35,872 bases of DNA from Gemmatimonadaceae bacterium. GTDB lineage: Bacteria > Gemmatimonadota > Gemmatimonadetes > Gemmatimonadales > Gemmatimonadaceae. Position numbers and translations under genes: made by a program. Positions 7,100 to 16,103 of this stretch are shown one piece after another. Each line of letters begins with the position of its first letter. Position 1 is the first letter of the stretch. Under the pieces are notes generated by a model, which was not told the DNA's origin, did not search any database, and saw only the letters and a list, made by a program, of their open reading frames with translations. The stretch is from the NCBI GenBank assembly GCA_036280115.1, contig DASURJ010001091.1, positions 1-35,872 of the forward strand. Reading direction: 5' to 3'.

Positions 7100-7356
7100 G
7101 ACGGCCTGTCCTCCCGCTGTTCCGGGGTCCAGAATGGCTCAGCCGCGTTACCTCGGATGGGGGCTTCCAGCGGCGGCAACGGCGGCGGCGCAACACGCAG
7201 CGCTGCGCTCAGGCGGGCCCTCCACGCCTCGGCCAGCATCATCGTCGCGTCTCGCCCGAACCAGGCCCAGAGCGCCCAGCCAACGGCAGCCACGGCGAAC
7301 ACAAGACCAAGGCCGACGCCCGCGGCAAGGGTGGCAGGGAGAGCCCACTCGTTCAC
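7096..7356 (-). CDS. Small membrane protein, holin candidate
   Basis: GTG start overlaps the upstream TGA. A hydrophobic stretch LPATLAAGVGLGLVFAVAAVGWALWAWF is followed by a charged tail. It lies upstream of the lysozyme. Confidence 0.45.
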   Translation of the reverse strand: MNEWALPATLAAGVGLGLVFAVAAVGWALWAWFGRDATMMLAEAWRARLSAALRVAPPPLPPLEAPIRGNAAEPFWTPEQREDRPS

Positions 7357-8024
7357 GACGGACGCCCCATCCTGGCGATACCGATCAGCAACTCGGCGAA
7401 CCGCGGAGGCGTCGCGGAGGATTCGCGCTTCCCGAGCGTCGGGAGATTTGCGGCCGGCCCGCGCTGGTCGTGGAATCCGATCTGATGCGTCCCCTTCGGG
7501 CGGCGCCAGTCCAGATCCGGGGGCTCAGGAACAACGCAGTAGAGCCATGTCGCCTTGGCGGCGCGATGCCCGTAGGCGCTCTGCCAGACCTCGCAGACCC
7601 AGCCGACGCCTGAACGCGACCAGCCACATGCCGTGGGGCGCGCTAGCCCGTGACGGGCCCAGGCTCGCGACGCCTTCGGGTGCTCCAGGACGCCGCCCCA
7701 TGTGTTCACGGCGTCGAGCGCGGCACGGAAACAACCGCCGTCGTTTCCTGGTCGGTTGTGCTCACCGCCCCAGCGTTTGAAGTTCACCGCCGCGAAGGCG
7801 CCCCAGAGCTGACAAGGCGGGTGAGCGACCACTGGCAGTGCGCCCGGATAGAGCCTCGCGTCCCGCGCCTCATCCCAGCACAGATCCGCCCCGAGCAGCC
7901 GCGGGTACGGTCCTCGCGGGTCAACAAACAGCGCAGCCACATCGCTCACGACAACACCACCGGCACGCCCACCGGTCGGCGCGGGAAAGCGTCGTGCAGC
8001 CAGGACACTAGGATCAGCATGCAC
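7353..8024 (-). CDS. Protein with cytosine-C5 methyltransferase-like motifs (PPCQ / LEHP), compact and without an obvious target-recognition domain
   Basis: Motifs are PVVAHPPCQLWG (like motif IV PCQ), GVLEHPKAS (like motif VI ENV) and ATPPRFAELLI near the C-terminus. No clear FxGxG SAM loop is seen. The start is uncertain: GTG at 8024 has no SD, and internal GTGs are possible. Confidence 0.35.
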   Translation of the reverse strand: MHADPSVLAARRFPAPTGGRAGGVVVSDVAALFVDPRGPYPRLLGADLCWDEARDARLYPGALPVVAHPPCQLWGAFAAVNFKRWGGEHNRPGNDGGCFRAALDAVNTWGGVLEHPKASRAWARHGLARPTACGWSRSGVGWVCEVWQSAYGHRAAKATWLYCVVPEPPDLDWRRPKGTHQIGFHDQRGPAANLPTLGKRESSATPPRFAELLIGIARMGRPS

Positions 8025-8058
8025 CAGAGGGCGAGCGCGACGGAGATTGCGGCGGCCC

Positions 8059-8298
8059 TCATACCTTCGGCCCCCACGGGATCTCTTGGACTACAGGGTG
8101 CAACCGCATCGGGACAGCGCCCACGAGTCGGATCTGCCCATGCCTGTCGAGCCGCTCCCGCGCCATCTCGTAGGCGGCTTCGGCGGCGTCGTACTCGGCT
8201 TGCTGAGCGCTCGCGTCGCCCGATTCGCGCGCGTCTTCCAGCCTGGAAAATGCCGCCTGCGCCAGCTCATCGGCCGCACGCACGACAGTGGCCAGCAT
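8059..8298 (-). CDS. Hypothetical helical protein (79 aa)
   Basis: Internal ATG at 8298 of track ORF 8059..8469. The longer N-terminal extension is Arg/Gly/Pro-rich and looks like a shadow frame. Confidence 0.4.
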   Translation of the reverse strand: MLATVVRAADELAQAAFSRLEDARESGDASAQQAEYDAAEAAYEMARERLDRHGQIRLVGAVPMRLHPVVQEIPWGPKV

Positions 8299-8312
8299 TT
8301 CGCCCGTGCTCG

Positions 8313-8663
8313 TCACTGCCCGCCTCCCCCGCTCCCACCGAGCGGCGCACACGGCACGGAACGAACGCCCGCCGTTCCGACGAAGCTCGCGGGCTCCAGG
8401 CTCGCCGCAGCGAACCGGGTAGCCGCGTCCTCGACGAACGGGCGGAGGAAGTCGGAACCGACCTGGCAAAGCTCCGGGTCGAATCCGCGACGCGGCGCCT
8501 CGGCTTTGCAGAGAGCTACGGCGAGCTGCTGGCCGAAGTCGATGGCGGGCTTGGGGTCGGGCTGCTGGGACGATGCGCAGGCCACCGCGCCAGTAACCAC
8601 GATGGCGAGAGCGGCGAACCCAATCAAGGCGCCTTCCAGAATGTCGTCAGGTCGGAGATTCAT
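8313..8663 (-). CDS. Putative lipoprotein (o-spanin candidate)
   Basis: Internal ATG at 8663. Signal-like N-terminus MNLRPDDILEGALIGFAALAIVVTGAVAC with an imperfect lipobox (AVAC). It is the first gene of the lysis cluster. Confidence 0.45.
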   Translation of the reverse strand: MNLRPDDILEGALIGFAALAIVVTGAVACASSQQPDPKPAIDFGQQLAVALCKAEAPRRGFDPELCQVGSDFLRPFVEDAATRFAAASLEPASFVGTAGVRSVPCAPLGGSGGGGQ

Positions 8664-8695
8664 GGGGCAAATGGTCTCATGGGGAGGCGGGCGGG

Positions 8696-10426
8696 TCAAT
8701 GTTGGCGCCTGCGGAGCATCTCCAATGCGAGGCCGCGGCGGTATTCTGGGGTGGGCTCGAGCCAATTCTGGAGTTCCGAAATCGTGAGGAAGCTCGCGTC
8801 ACTGGCGCCGCCAATCTCCTCGTCGGCGGCCGCCGAAGTGACCAGGAGTGCCGCAACGGAATCGCTCGCCCCTCCGACGCTCTCGCTCGCCGAGCCGTAG
8901 ATATTCGCGAGACCTTCGGCGAGGTCGGACGCCCCGAAGATGCTTTCGGATGCCGTCACGTAGGCGTTCGCGAGACCCTCCGCCGTGTCGGTCGCCCCGC
9001 CAATCTCTTCCGACGCCGAAGCCTGTCCAAGTAGCGCGGCGAAACCGACATCGCTTGCCCCAAAGATCGATTCGCTCGCCGTTCCCGTGACGAGCACGGC
9101 GCCCGCAGCAACGTCCGTCGCGCCGCCGATCGACTCGGACGCGGAAGCCGAGGCAGTGGCGGCAGCAACGCCCGTGTCGCTTGCGCCGAAGATGCTTTCG
9201 GAGGCGGACCCAGAGATGGCGCCGGAACCGAACGCCAAATACCAAACGAACGCCTGTGCCGCGGCAGCGTCCGTCATTTCGCAGGTGAAACCGTCCGAGC
9301 CTACCGCGATGCACTGCATCGAGCTTTCGACCGCATCCGATGCGACCTTTACGTAGACGTTATCGTGCTCGACGGCGGTCGCAACAACCGTGGTGGCCTG
9401 TCCGTCTTCGTCGTTTACGCCGAATGCTACTTCGGTCGAGGTGTCCGAAAAGGCTCCCATCGACCAGTCGTCATCGTCTTGTGCCGTATCCGCTGTGCTC
9501 TGCGTCTTGCAGTGCGAGACGAATAGGGCTGCCTTCGGCTCGAACCCCAGCCCGCTCTCCACGATGTCCGTGGTCGTGTCCGTCTGCGTGAGAAGGTCCC
9601 CGAGCGCATAGGAACCGCCCTTGAGCGCGGCATAGATGTAGCGCGTTGCCGTTCCCGACACCTCGGTCCAGTTGAGTCGAAACCCGGTCGAAAGCCACGA
9701 CGACACAGACGCCCTTGCGACGACCGTCGAGGTTCCGGACGACAAGGTAGCTACAGACTCGCCGGATTTGCAGTACGATACGCACTGCGTCGGGTCGGAT
9801 GTATCGTTGGACCCGCCGGCCCAGACGTAGTTACTCGGGCTTGCGCCGGCAGCGGCCCCGAACATGACGCGCGAGTCAACCCCGGCGGTCGGCGGATCGG
9901 CTGAGGAGTTTGATGCGCTGACCAGGAGCAGACAATCCGGCTGGAAACCGGGCGCCGTTATGTCTTGGTCTCCTGTCGCTCCCGGCTCAGAGAAAAACCC
10001 TATGTCGATGTCCGTGAGTGACGTTCCACCGATGGCCAGGTAATGGACACGCATCGAATCCGGCATTGCGTCGTCCACAACAAGCGTGAACCCGTCGGAG
10101 CCGAACGCCGAGAAGTCGAGCGCCCCGTCGATTGTGTCAGACCCGCCAAGGACGGCGACACAGGCGTCCACACCCTGTCCGGCGCAGGAGTTTCCTGCCG
10201 CTCCTGCGTCAGAAGAGCGTGAAGATGCGTACCCGCGCTCGGTCGCGGACATGAAACCATACCCGCGCCGATGCGTCCTTCCGCCCACCGCGTCGGTCGT
10301 ATCCGTGCGACCGTTCCACCAAAACAGCACGAACGACGGCTGGAATCCCACACCGGTCACCGCTACCGTCGTGGTAGCGGCGCCGGTTCCCGTGACGAAC
10401 GATCCGACCTTGCAGGAGAACGTCAC
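8696..10426 (-). CDS. Tail fibre / receptor-binding protein candidate: three tandem ~130-aa domains plus a C-terminal 21-aa repeat array
   Basis: GTG start. The three modules each contain a GFQP/GFEP motif and end in YLAIGG / YAALKGG / YLAFGSG. A seven-fold ASESI(F/G)GA(S/T)D repeat follows. It is the last structural gene before the lysis cassette. Confidence 0.55.
   Translation of the reverse strand: MTFSCKVGSFVTGTGAATTTVAVTGVGFQPSFVLFWWNGRTDTTDAVGGRTHRRGYGFMSATERGYASSRSSDAGAAGNSCAGQGVDACVAVLGGSDTIDGALDFSAFGSDGFTLVVDDAMPDSMRVHYLAIGGTSLTDIDIGFFSEPGATGDQDITAPGFQPDCLLLVSASNSSADPPTAGVDSRVMFGAAAGASPSNYVWAGGSNDTSDPTQCVSYCKSGESVATLSSGTSTVVARASVSSWLSTGFRLNWTEVSGTATRYIYAALKGGSYALGDLLTQTDTTTDIVESGLGFEPKAALFVSHCKTQSTADTAQDDDDWSMGAFSDTSTEVAFGVNDEDGQATTVVATAVEHDNVYVKVASDAVESSMQCIAVGSDGFTCEMTDAAAAQAFVWYLAFGSGAISGSASESIFGASDTGVAAATASASASESIGGATDVAAGAVLVTGTASESIFGASDVGFAALLGQASASEEIGGATDTAEGLANAYVTASESIFGASDLAEGLANIYGSASESVGGASDSVAALLVTSAAADEEIGGASDASFLTISELQNWLEPTPEYRRGLALEMLRRRQH
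8789..9208 (-). repeat. In-frame tandem coding repeat, about 7 x 63 nt (21 aa)
   Basis: Protein residues ~407-546 read SASESIFGASDTGVAAATASA / SASESIGGATDVAAGAVLVTGT / ASESIFGASDVGFAALLGQA / SASEEIGGATDTAEGLANAYVT / ASESIFGASDLAEGLANIYG / SASESVGGASDSVAALLVTSA / AADEEIGGASDASFLT. Confidence 0.8.
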
Positions 10427-10429
10427 GAG

Positions 10430-10816
10430 CTACGGGGTCGGAAGCCCGAGCTTTCCGCGAACGTCGGAGGCGGTCTCGAAGCCTACCCACTGCCAGCCGT
10501 ACGCGTGGAAAACTGCACTGACGCCCTCGAGCCAATGATAGAACGGCGCGTGTTCGATTGGTTCAAGCACGGTGGCGACGGCCGGCAAGAGCGAGAGAAG
10601 GCTGAGGGCCAGACCATCGGGACGAAGGGCCCAGAGCGCATCGAACTCCGTTTCCTCGTCCTCGGTCAGCGCGGCCCCTGTCTCCTCTCCGATGTACGTC
10701 TTCGCGTTCGCGAGCGTCAGGTGCCCGTCGTAGACCAGGCGAAACGAGTCGATGATGTATTCCCCGGCGATGTTGTTCGTTGCCTCTGGATGAATGCGCT
10801 CGATGAGATGTGCCAT
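10430..10816 (-). CDS. Hypothetical virion-module protein (128 aa)
   Basis: Internal ATG at 10816 preceded by AAAGAGGGAGCC (SD). It ends in TAG. Confidence 0.55.
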   Translation of the reverse strand: MAHLIERIHPEATNNIAGEYIIDSFRLVYDGHLTLANAKTYIGEETGAALTEDEETEFDALWALRPDGLALSLLSLLPAVATVLEPIEHAPFYHWLEGVSAVFHAYGWQWVGFETASDVRGKLGLPTP

Positions 10817-10827
10817 GGCTCCCTCTT

Positions 10828-11199
10828 TCAGCTCGCCGCCTGAGCGTGCGCCCAGGAAGCGATGCTCACTGTTTGCCCGGACACGATCGACGTGTTGTCG
10901 AGCGTGAGGTCTGACCCCACGGCGCCCGCCCACATTTCCTCATTGTCCGAGTCCATCACGCGGTACACGTCCGCGGTTCCGGTCGCCACAGCGGTACCGG
11001 AGTTCGGCAGGCCGGAAGCGGAAGCACTGCCCGACGAAGCGGCAGCGAACGCCGGGTCATCGAACGCGATTTCGACCAGCATCGACGCGAACGCCGCGGT
11101 GTAGATGCGGACCTTTCCGGCGCCGGAACCTTCGTTGACGAGTGCGGTCCGCGCGTCGGCGGAAGCATTGCGCGCCTTGGTCGTGAGCGTGAGAGCCAT
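10828..11199 (-). CDS. Hypothetical virion-module protein (123 aa)
   Basis: Track ORF. The ATG overlaps the upstream TAA by 1 nt. Confidence 0.55.
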   Translation of the reverse strand: MALTLTTKARNASADARTALVNEGSGAGKVRIYTAAFASMLVEIAFDDPAFAAASSGSASASGLPNSGTAVATGTADVYRVMDSDNEEMWAGAVGSDLTLDNTSIVSGQTVSIASWAHAQAAS

Positions 11200-11426
11200 T
11201 AGCGTTTCCCTTCCAGCTTGGCGAGGACGGCGAAGCGGTCGGGAGCCGGGATCGCGCCGGCGGCCGCGCGCCCGATGTGAGCAGATAGCCTCGCGTCGCG
11301 CTCGGCGTAGCGTCGGGTGAGTTCAGCGCCGAGACGGTCCCGCTCTTCGCGCGCAGCCTTCGCCTCGGCCACCTTGACGCGATACGCCGCGTAGAGTTCG
11401 TCGAATGGCACCGTGGCGAGTCCCAT
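11199..11426 (-). CDS. Hypothetical helical protein (75 aa)
   Basis: Internal ATG at 11426 overlaps the upstream TGA (TGATG). Confidence 0.45.
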   Translation of the reverse strand: MGLATVPFDELYAAYRVKVAEAKAAREERDRLGAELTRRYAERDARLSAHIGRAAAGAIPAPDRFAVLAKLEGKR

Positions 11427-11875
11427 CAGATGCTCCCTCGTCCGAGCCCGATTCGGCATTCCGTCTCCGCCGAAGCCTCCAGAATCATGTAGCACTCTTT
11501 GTCCGTCGGCCACTTCGGGATGAACACCTCGCGCGTCGTGGCTCCCGGGATCATGAGGCCGGCAGTCGAGGCAAATTCGCTGGCTGGCGTGTACTGCGCC
11601 GGGGTCTGCGCGGTTCCGGGCGCTACCTCCGCGCTAGAGCTGAGACTCGCCGCAACGTACACGAGGTTCGTTGCGTGCGTGTTCTGGATGCGGATGAACC
11701 TTCCGCCCCACGATCGCGGCATGAGCATCGCGCCGTGAGTGGTCGCGACCGTGACGACGCGCTCGCCGAAGTCGTTGGCAGTCGGCGCGCCCGGGGGCGT
11801 CGCCAGCGTGTTCGGGCAGTAGTCATTCGGGATGGTCCATGCGAGCTGGCGCACGGTTTCGAGTTGTCCGCTCAT
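11426..11875 (-). CDS. Hypothetical virion-module protein (149 aa)
   Basis: Track ORF with an ATGA overlap to the upstream gene. Confidence 0.55.
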   Translation of the reverse strand: MSGQLETVRQLAWTIPNDYCPNTLATPPGAPTANDFGERVVTVATTHGAMLMPRSWGGRFIRIQNTHATNLVYVAASLSSSAEVAPGTAQTPAQYTPASEFASTAGLMIPGATTREVFIPKWPTDKECYMILEASAETECRIGLGRGSI

Positions 11876-14307
11876 TGGGTCTCCAGTCGTTGGGTAGCAG
11901 TCAAAAACGAGGCGTCGGGAGCGGCGCCCGTGGAACCTCCGCCCTCGCCGCCCATGTCGGCAGGGGGCGGCGCGAGCCCGACGAGCGCCTGAGCGCCCGC
12001 GGGGGTCATTGAGTAGTCGCTCGGGAAATCGAACGCCAAGCCGAGCATCTGTCGGCGGCGGAACGGCAGCGCGCTACCGGCCTCGGTCGCCTCGCGCATG
12101 ACACGGACGCGAAGCTCCTGGAACAGCAGCGGCGAGTTTTCTTTGAACGCCTCGATCGCGGCTAGGTCGAGCTTCCCCTGCCCGAGTTCCTGGATCACGA
12201 GCCCGGGCTGAGTGATGCCCTTGATCTTCCGCATGCTGAGCTGGATGGCCTGGACGCCTACGACGGGATCCTCGACTTGCGGCGTGAGCGAGTGAGCGGC
12301 CCGATTCTGCACGGGCGGGAGAGCCTCGCGGATGGCCTGGACCTGCTTGATTGCCTGAGCCTGGACCGCAGACGACACGCCGGGATACTCGACGGCGTAG
12401 CGGTCGGTGAGCTGCGTGAGCCTGCCCATCATCCCGCGCGGGTCGTCGTCGATTTCGCGGATAGAATCGCGCGTCCGCTCGTACGCCTCGATCGCCTTCG
12501 CGCCGACGATCGGTACGACGGCATGCGCCTTGACCGGCTTCTCAGCGCCGACGAGCGCCTTTGCTGCCGTGGCCGTGGAGTTGTCGAGCGCAGAAACCGT
12601 GTCGAGCATCTTGACCAGCGCGCGGTCCCCGTAGTTCTGGAGAATCCTCGATGCCGCCGCGCCGCCGATGCCCGCGGCAAGCGCTCCGATGTTCCCGGAA
12701 GCCATGGCGCCAATCGCGCCACCGAAGCCGAGGATCCGTTCCCAGGGCGAGGTCAGTCCGCGGGCAGCTTCGTCGCTCGCCGCGCGCGTCGCCACGCTCT
12801 CGAGGTCACGCATCGCACCGAACTGGCGTTTCAGCTCGAGATACTCCGTCGGGTCCTGCCCCATCTTCCGGAGCGTCGAGACGGCCGAATCGTCGATCGT
12901 CTGCGAAACCATGCGCTCGACAGCCTCGAGTTCCGCCGCGTGCTCGGGGACCGGTGCCTGGATTCCACCGCCCGATGGGCGCTTCGGCTGGAACACGCTT
13001 CGGAGGTCACGGCGGAATTGGTCCAGCTCCGCGAAACTGACCGGCTCGATGCTGCCGAAGTTCGGATCCCACGGTCCTGCGTTCGCGGCCGCGTGGCGCT
13101 CGGCGAGTGGCGCGATTGACCGCTCCACACGCGCGGCCTTCGCTTGCACGTCTGGCGAGAGCGACGAGCGCATGGGCGCCAAAACCTCCGCCTCGACGCG
13201 CTGGATCAGGCTGCCCACGTCGGGACCTTCGAGCGCGCGCGTAACCTCGCCCGTCTCCGGATTCGTCACCGGGGGCGCAGACTTGATAGCGTTGTCGATC
13301 TTCTCGCGCACCGAGCCGAGTTCCGCGCCGACCTCGCGGCGCGCGATCGTCAGGTCCGCGGCGAGTTCTTCGGGCTTGCCAGCGCGTTCCCAGAGCTTCG
13401 CGCCCTTCAGCTCCTTCGAAGCCTCCGTGTTCCCGCGAAACTTGTACTCGCGTACGTCGTCGGCCAGCTCGGCCACGCGGCGCTCGACGCGCTCCGTGGT
13501 CGCTCCGAGCTTGCGCACGTCGGCGCGCCGGAATCCGGTTGCTCGGAGCGTGGCCCGGTCCCGCAGTCGCGCACCGATTCCGCCAAGCCCGCCCTCGAGT
13601 CCGGCGACGCTCGCTGCCTTCCGTGCGGCCGCCCCGAGGAAGTGTCCGCCGGCCCCGAGGCCAGCGCCGAAGAGCCCGCCCAGCTCCGCGCCTTCGCCGG
13701 CGCCCGCGAGGAGCTTCTCCGCCGTGATCTGCTGGCCCTCGAGCGCCGCGCGCGACGCCGCACTGCCGGCGCCCCAGAGCGCGCCCTCGGTCGCCCCGGC
13801 CGCGCCCACCGAAAGGGCCTTTGCGGCGAGCCTGCCGGCCGCTGTAGTGCCTCGGTAGCCGGCAAGGGCGGCGCCACCCTCGGCGAGCCGCGCCGCGCCA
13901 GAGCCAGCCTTGGCGGCGAGGGCGGCCGGCGAATACTTGAGGATGCCGGTGCCCTTCGCGCCGACGAGCCCGCCGACCAGCTCGGAACCGATCGCCGTGA
14001 TGGGGTTCTCTCGCTGTCGCTCGAGCGCCGCCTGCCCGTACTCGTCGCCGAGGACAGCGGCGGCGGCCACGTCGGACGCTCCGAGCGTGAGCCCGCGCGC
14101 GCCGCCCTCGACGGCCGTGATGGCTTGCTGGCCGAGCGTACCGCGCTCGCGAGCGATGGCGCGTTGCTCGACCGCCTCGGGACTCTCGAGCGTCATGCCG
14201 GCAGCGTACGCCTGCTGGATCTCGGCCTTGTCCACGAGCATCGGCGTCCCATCGGCGCCGAGCATGTGAACCCTGCCGTCTGCGGAAAGTGCGCCCTCTG
14301 CCATCAC
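11872..14307 (-). CDS. Large Ala/Gly-rich virion protein (internal virion / ejection protein candidate, 811 aa)
   Basis: Long ORF with good codon bias. It sits after the nozzle and fibre genes, as T7 gp15/gp16 do. No catalytic motif was recognised. Confidence 0.5.
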   Translation of the reverse strand: MMAEGALSADGRVHMLGADGTPMLVDKAEIQQAYAAGMTLESPEAVEQRAIARERGTLGQQAITAVEGGARGLTLGASDVAAAAVLGDEYGQAALERQRENPITAIGSELVGGLVGAKGTGILKYSPAALAAKAGSGAARLAEGGAALAGYRGTTAAGRLAAKALSVGAAGATEGALWGAGSAASRAALEGQQITAEKLLAGAGEGAELGGLFGAGLGAGGHFLGAAARKAASVAGLEGGLGGIGARLRDRATLRATGFRRADVRKLGATTERVERRVAELADDVREYKFRGNTEASKELKGAKLWERAGKPEELAADLTIARREVGAELGSVREKIDNAIKSAPPVTNPETGEVTRALEGPDVGSLIQRVEAEVLAPMRSSLSPDVQAKAARVERSIAPLAERHAAANAGPWDPNFGSIEPVSFAELDQFRRDLRSVFQPKRPSGGGIQAPVPEHAAELEAVERMVSQTIDDSAVSTLRKMGQDPTEYLELKRQFGAMRDLESVATRAASDEAARGLTSPWERILGFGGAIGAMASGNIGALAAGIGGAAASRILQNYGDRALVKMLDTVSALDNSTATAAKALVGAEKPVKAHAVVPIVGAKAIEAYERTRDSIREIDDDPRGMMGRLTQLTDRYAVEYPGVSSAVQAQAIKQVQAIREALPPVQNRAAHSLTPQVEDPVVGVQAIQLSMRKIKGITQPGLVIQELGQGKLDLAAIEAFKENSPLLFQELRVRVMREATEAGSALPFRRRQMLGLAFDFPSDYSMTPAGAQALVGLAPPPADMGGEGGGSTGAAPDASFLTATQRLETQ

Positions 14308-16103
14308 TGCTCCGGGGTCGCGCTGCCGGGCAGCGTTTCGAGGATGGGTTCGAGAGATTTCGGATCAGCCTGTAGGTCGTAGCGAACCGTATCAACGACG
14401 CGTCCGCGCGCCGCCGTCGCGACCTCGCCGAGCTTCGCATCCGCTCCGCCCAGGTCCACGATCGCCGTCGGGTCACCGAGCCACTCTTCGCGGAAGTCGA
14501 GCGAGCCTTTGTCGAGCGTGCCGAGGTTCGCGCCTTGCTTCAGACCGAGGAACAGATCGGCGGCCGCGCCTTCGATCTGCCCGCGGACCTTCGGATCGGT
14601 CTTCGCGCCGGGGAGCGAGCGCAGGTGCCGCAGGCGTTGCGCCGCGTTCGAGATCCGCGCGTCCACCTTGATTTGCTCTTGAGCCTTCCTGGCCTGGTCC
14701 GCGGACCGTGCGTAACCGTAGCTCCCGTCGGGGAGGCGCACGGCCAGCGCGCGCTCTTCGGGCTTCACGGCGCCACCACCAATCTGCGCGTACTGCGGCG
14801 GGGCGTACTGGAAGTTTTCTTGGACGATCCGGTCGTTTTCGAGCTGCGAAAGCTTGAGCAAAACGTCGCCCTTTTGCGCGCGTAGGGCCGCGGACTGGAG
14901 TGCCGCAGCTTGCATGTATTCCTGGGTGCCGATTTCGCGCGCGGCGTTTTCGGTGAGCTTCGCAGCCGCGTCGAGCCGGCGGGCCTCGAGATCGAGCGCC
15001 GCCGCTTCGGGCGTGCCGTAGAGCGCCACAGCCTCGGCGTAGTCTCCGCGCGCCTGCTCGCCCTTCGCGATCGACGCCTCGTAGCGCGCGCGCTGGTCGG
15101 CGACTTCCTGCGTGATCCCTTGCATGACCATGTCGTAGCCGGGGTTATTCGCGCGCCCCTGAAGGCCCTGGAGGTAGCCGCCGAGCGCCATCTGAATGGC
15201 CGCGCCGATCTGCTGGAACGTGGACTTGCTCGCCCAGACCTCTTTCGCGCTCTGGGGCGTGAGCTTCGCCGATTCGGCGTCGCGCTGCTGGATCTGCGCC
15301 TGCCGCTCGCGCAGCATCTTGTCCACGGCGACGCGGCGCTGTTCCTCGCGCTTGATGGCCTCTTGCTCGCGGCGGATGTTTTCCTGTCGCGCTTCGATGT
15401 CGCGTTGCTGGAGCTGGACTATGTTCTGGGTCTGGCGGTCGTGTACGTCCTCGGCGAGCGTGCCCTGCGTCTGCGCGAGGAACGTCTCCTCGGGCGATAG
15501 CCCGGCCGCTTCGGCGCGCTGCTGAGCGCCCGGGCTCCAATCGTCGCCCGTGAGAAGCGTCCGCGCTTCCTCGGGAACTTCCTGTCCCGGAACGCGCGTG
15601 AAGGACGAGCGAATGTCGCCGCCCTTGGAGAGCTGGACGATTCGACCGCCTCCGCGCCCGCGGGATTGGCGCGCCGCCATCGCCGCTTGGTCCGGGTCCG
15701 GCACTTCGCCCGTCTTGACCCGTGGCTCGGCCGGCGCGGCGCTCTTCGGCGCCGTTGGTGTCGGCGCGCCCGCGCCCTGCGAATCGGTGCCCTGTCGTCC
15801 CGGGTCGCCCTCCTCGGAGCCTCGTCCCCCGGATCCGCCCGAGCCCACGTCGCGCGGCGGAGCGGGCACCGGAGCGACGGGAGCGGGCTTCACGTCGGGG
15901 ACGTTGCCGACCGCGCCGGAGCCGTTCGCTCCCTCGTTCAGCGGCGTGTCGCCCGTGAACGCGAGCGCCCCACGCGCTGGGTCGAAGAGCGACGGGCGCT
16001 CTTCGTGGCCCGCCTGCTGGGCGACCGCGACGGGCATGGGGATCACGCGCCCGGGCGCGACCTCCACGTCAGCGAGACCGTCAGGCCGCAGAGCGTACGC
16101 CAA
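14304..16103 (-). CDS. Large coiled-coil virion protein with a low-complexity Pro/Gly N-terminus (internal virion protein candidate, 599 aa)
   Basis: Long ORF. The annotated start is TTG at 16103 and overlaps the upstream gene by 23 nt. Downstream GTG and ATG starts are possible. Confidence 0.5.
   Translation of the reverse strand: MAYALRPDGLADVEVAPGRVIPMPVAVAQQAGHEERPSLFDPARGALAFTGDTPLNEGANGSGAVGNVPDVKPAPVAPVPAPPRDVGSGGSGGRGSEEGDPGRQGTDSQGAGAPTPTAPKSAAPAEPRVKTGEVPDPDQAAMAARQSRGRGGGRIVQLSKGGDIRSSFTRVPGQEVPEEARTLLTGDDWSPGAQQRAEAAGLSPEETFLAQTQGTLAEDVHDRQTQNIVQLQQRDIEARQENIRREQEAIKREEQRRVAVDKMLRERQAQIQQRDAESAKLTPQSAKEVWASKSTFQQIGAAIQMALGGYLQGLQGRANNPGYDMVMQGITQEVADQRARYEASIAKGEQARGDYAEAVALYGTPEAAALDLEARRLDAAAKLTENAAREIGTQEYMQAAALQSAALRAQKGDVLLKLSQLENDRIVQENFQYAPPQYAQIGGGAVKPEERALAVRLPDGSYGYARSADQARKAQEQIKVDARISNAAQRLRHLRSLPGAKTDPKVRGQIEGAAADLFLGLKQGANLGTLDKGSLDFREEWLGDPTAIVDLGGADAKLGEVATAARGRVVDTVRYDLQADPKSLEPILETLPGSATPEQ

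Noticed and set aside
7650-8900. A 416-aa + strand ORF and a 246-aa + strand ORF (8047..8787) across the lysis cassette
   Set aside because: They are antisense shadow frames with Arg/Pro/Ser-rich sequence. The - strand genes there show TM segments, a lipobox and GTGA coupling.
8789-9208. Regularly spaced repeats that could suggest a CRISPR array or a DGR variable region
   Set aside because: The repeats are in frame within a long ORF, contiguous without unique spacers, and degenerate at the DNA level. No cas genes, reverse transcriptase or template repeat are present in the window.
13007-14476. A 489-aa - strand ORF and 396- to 412-aa + strand ORFs over 12668..14382
   Set aside because: These are shadow frames of the 811-aa and 599-aa virion genes, with Arg-dominated low-complexity translations.
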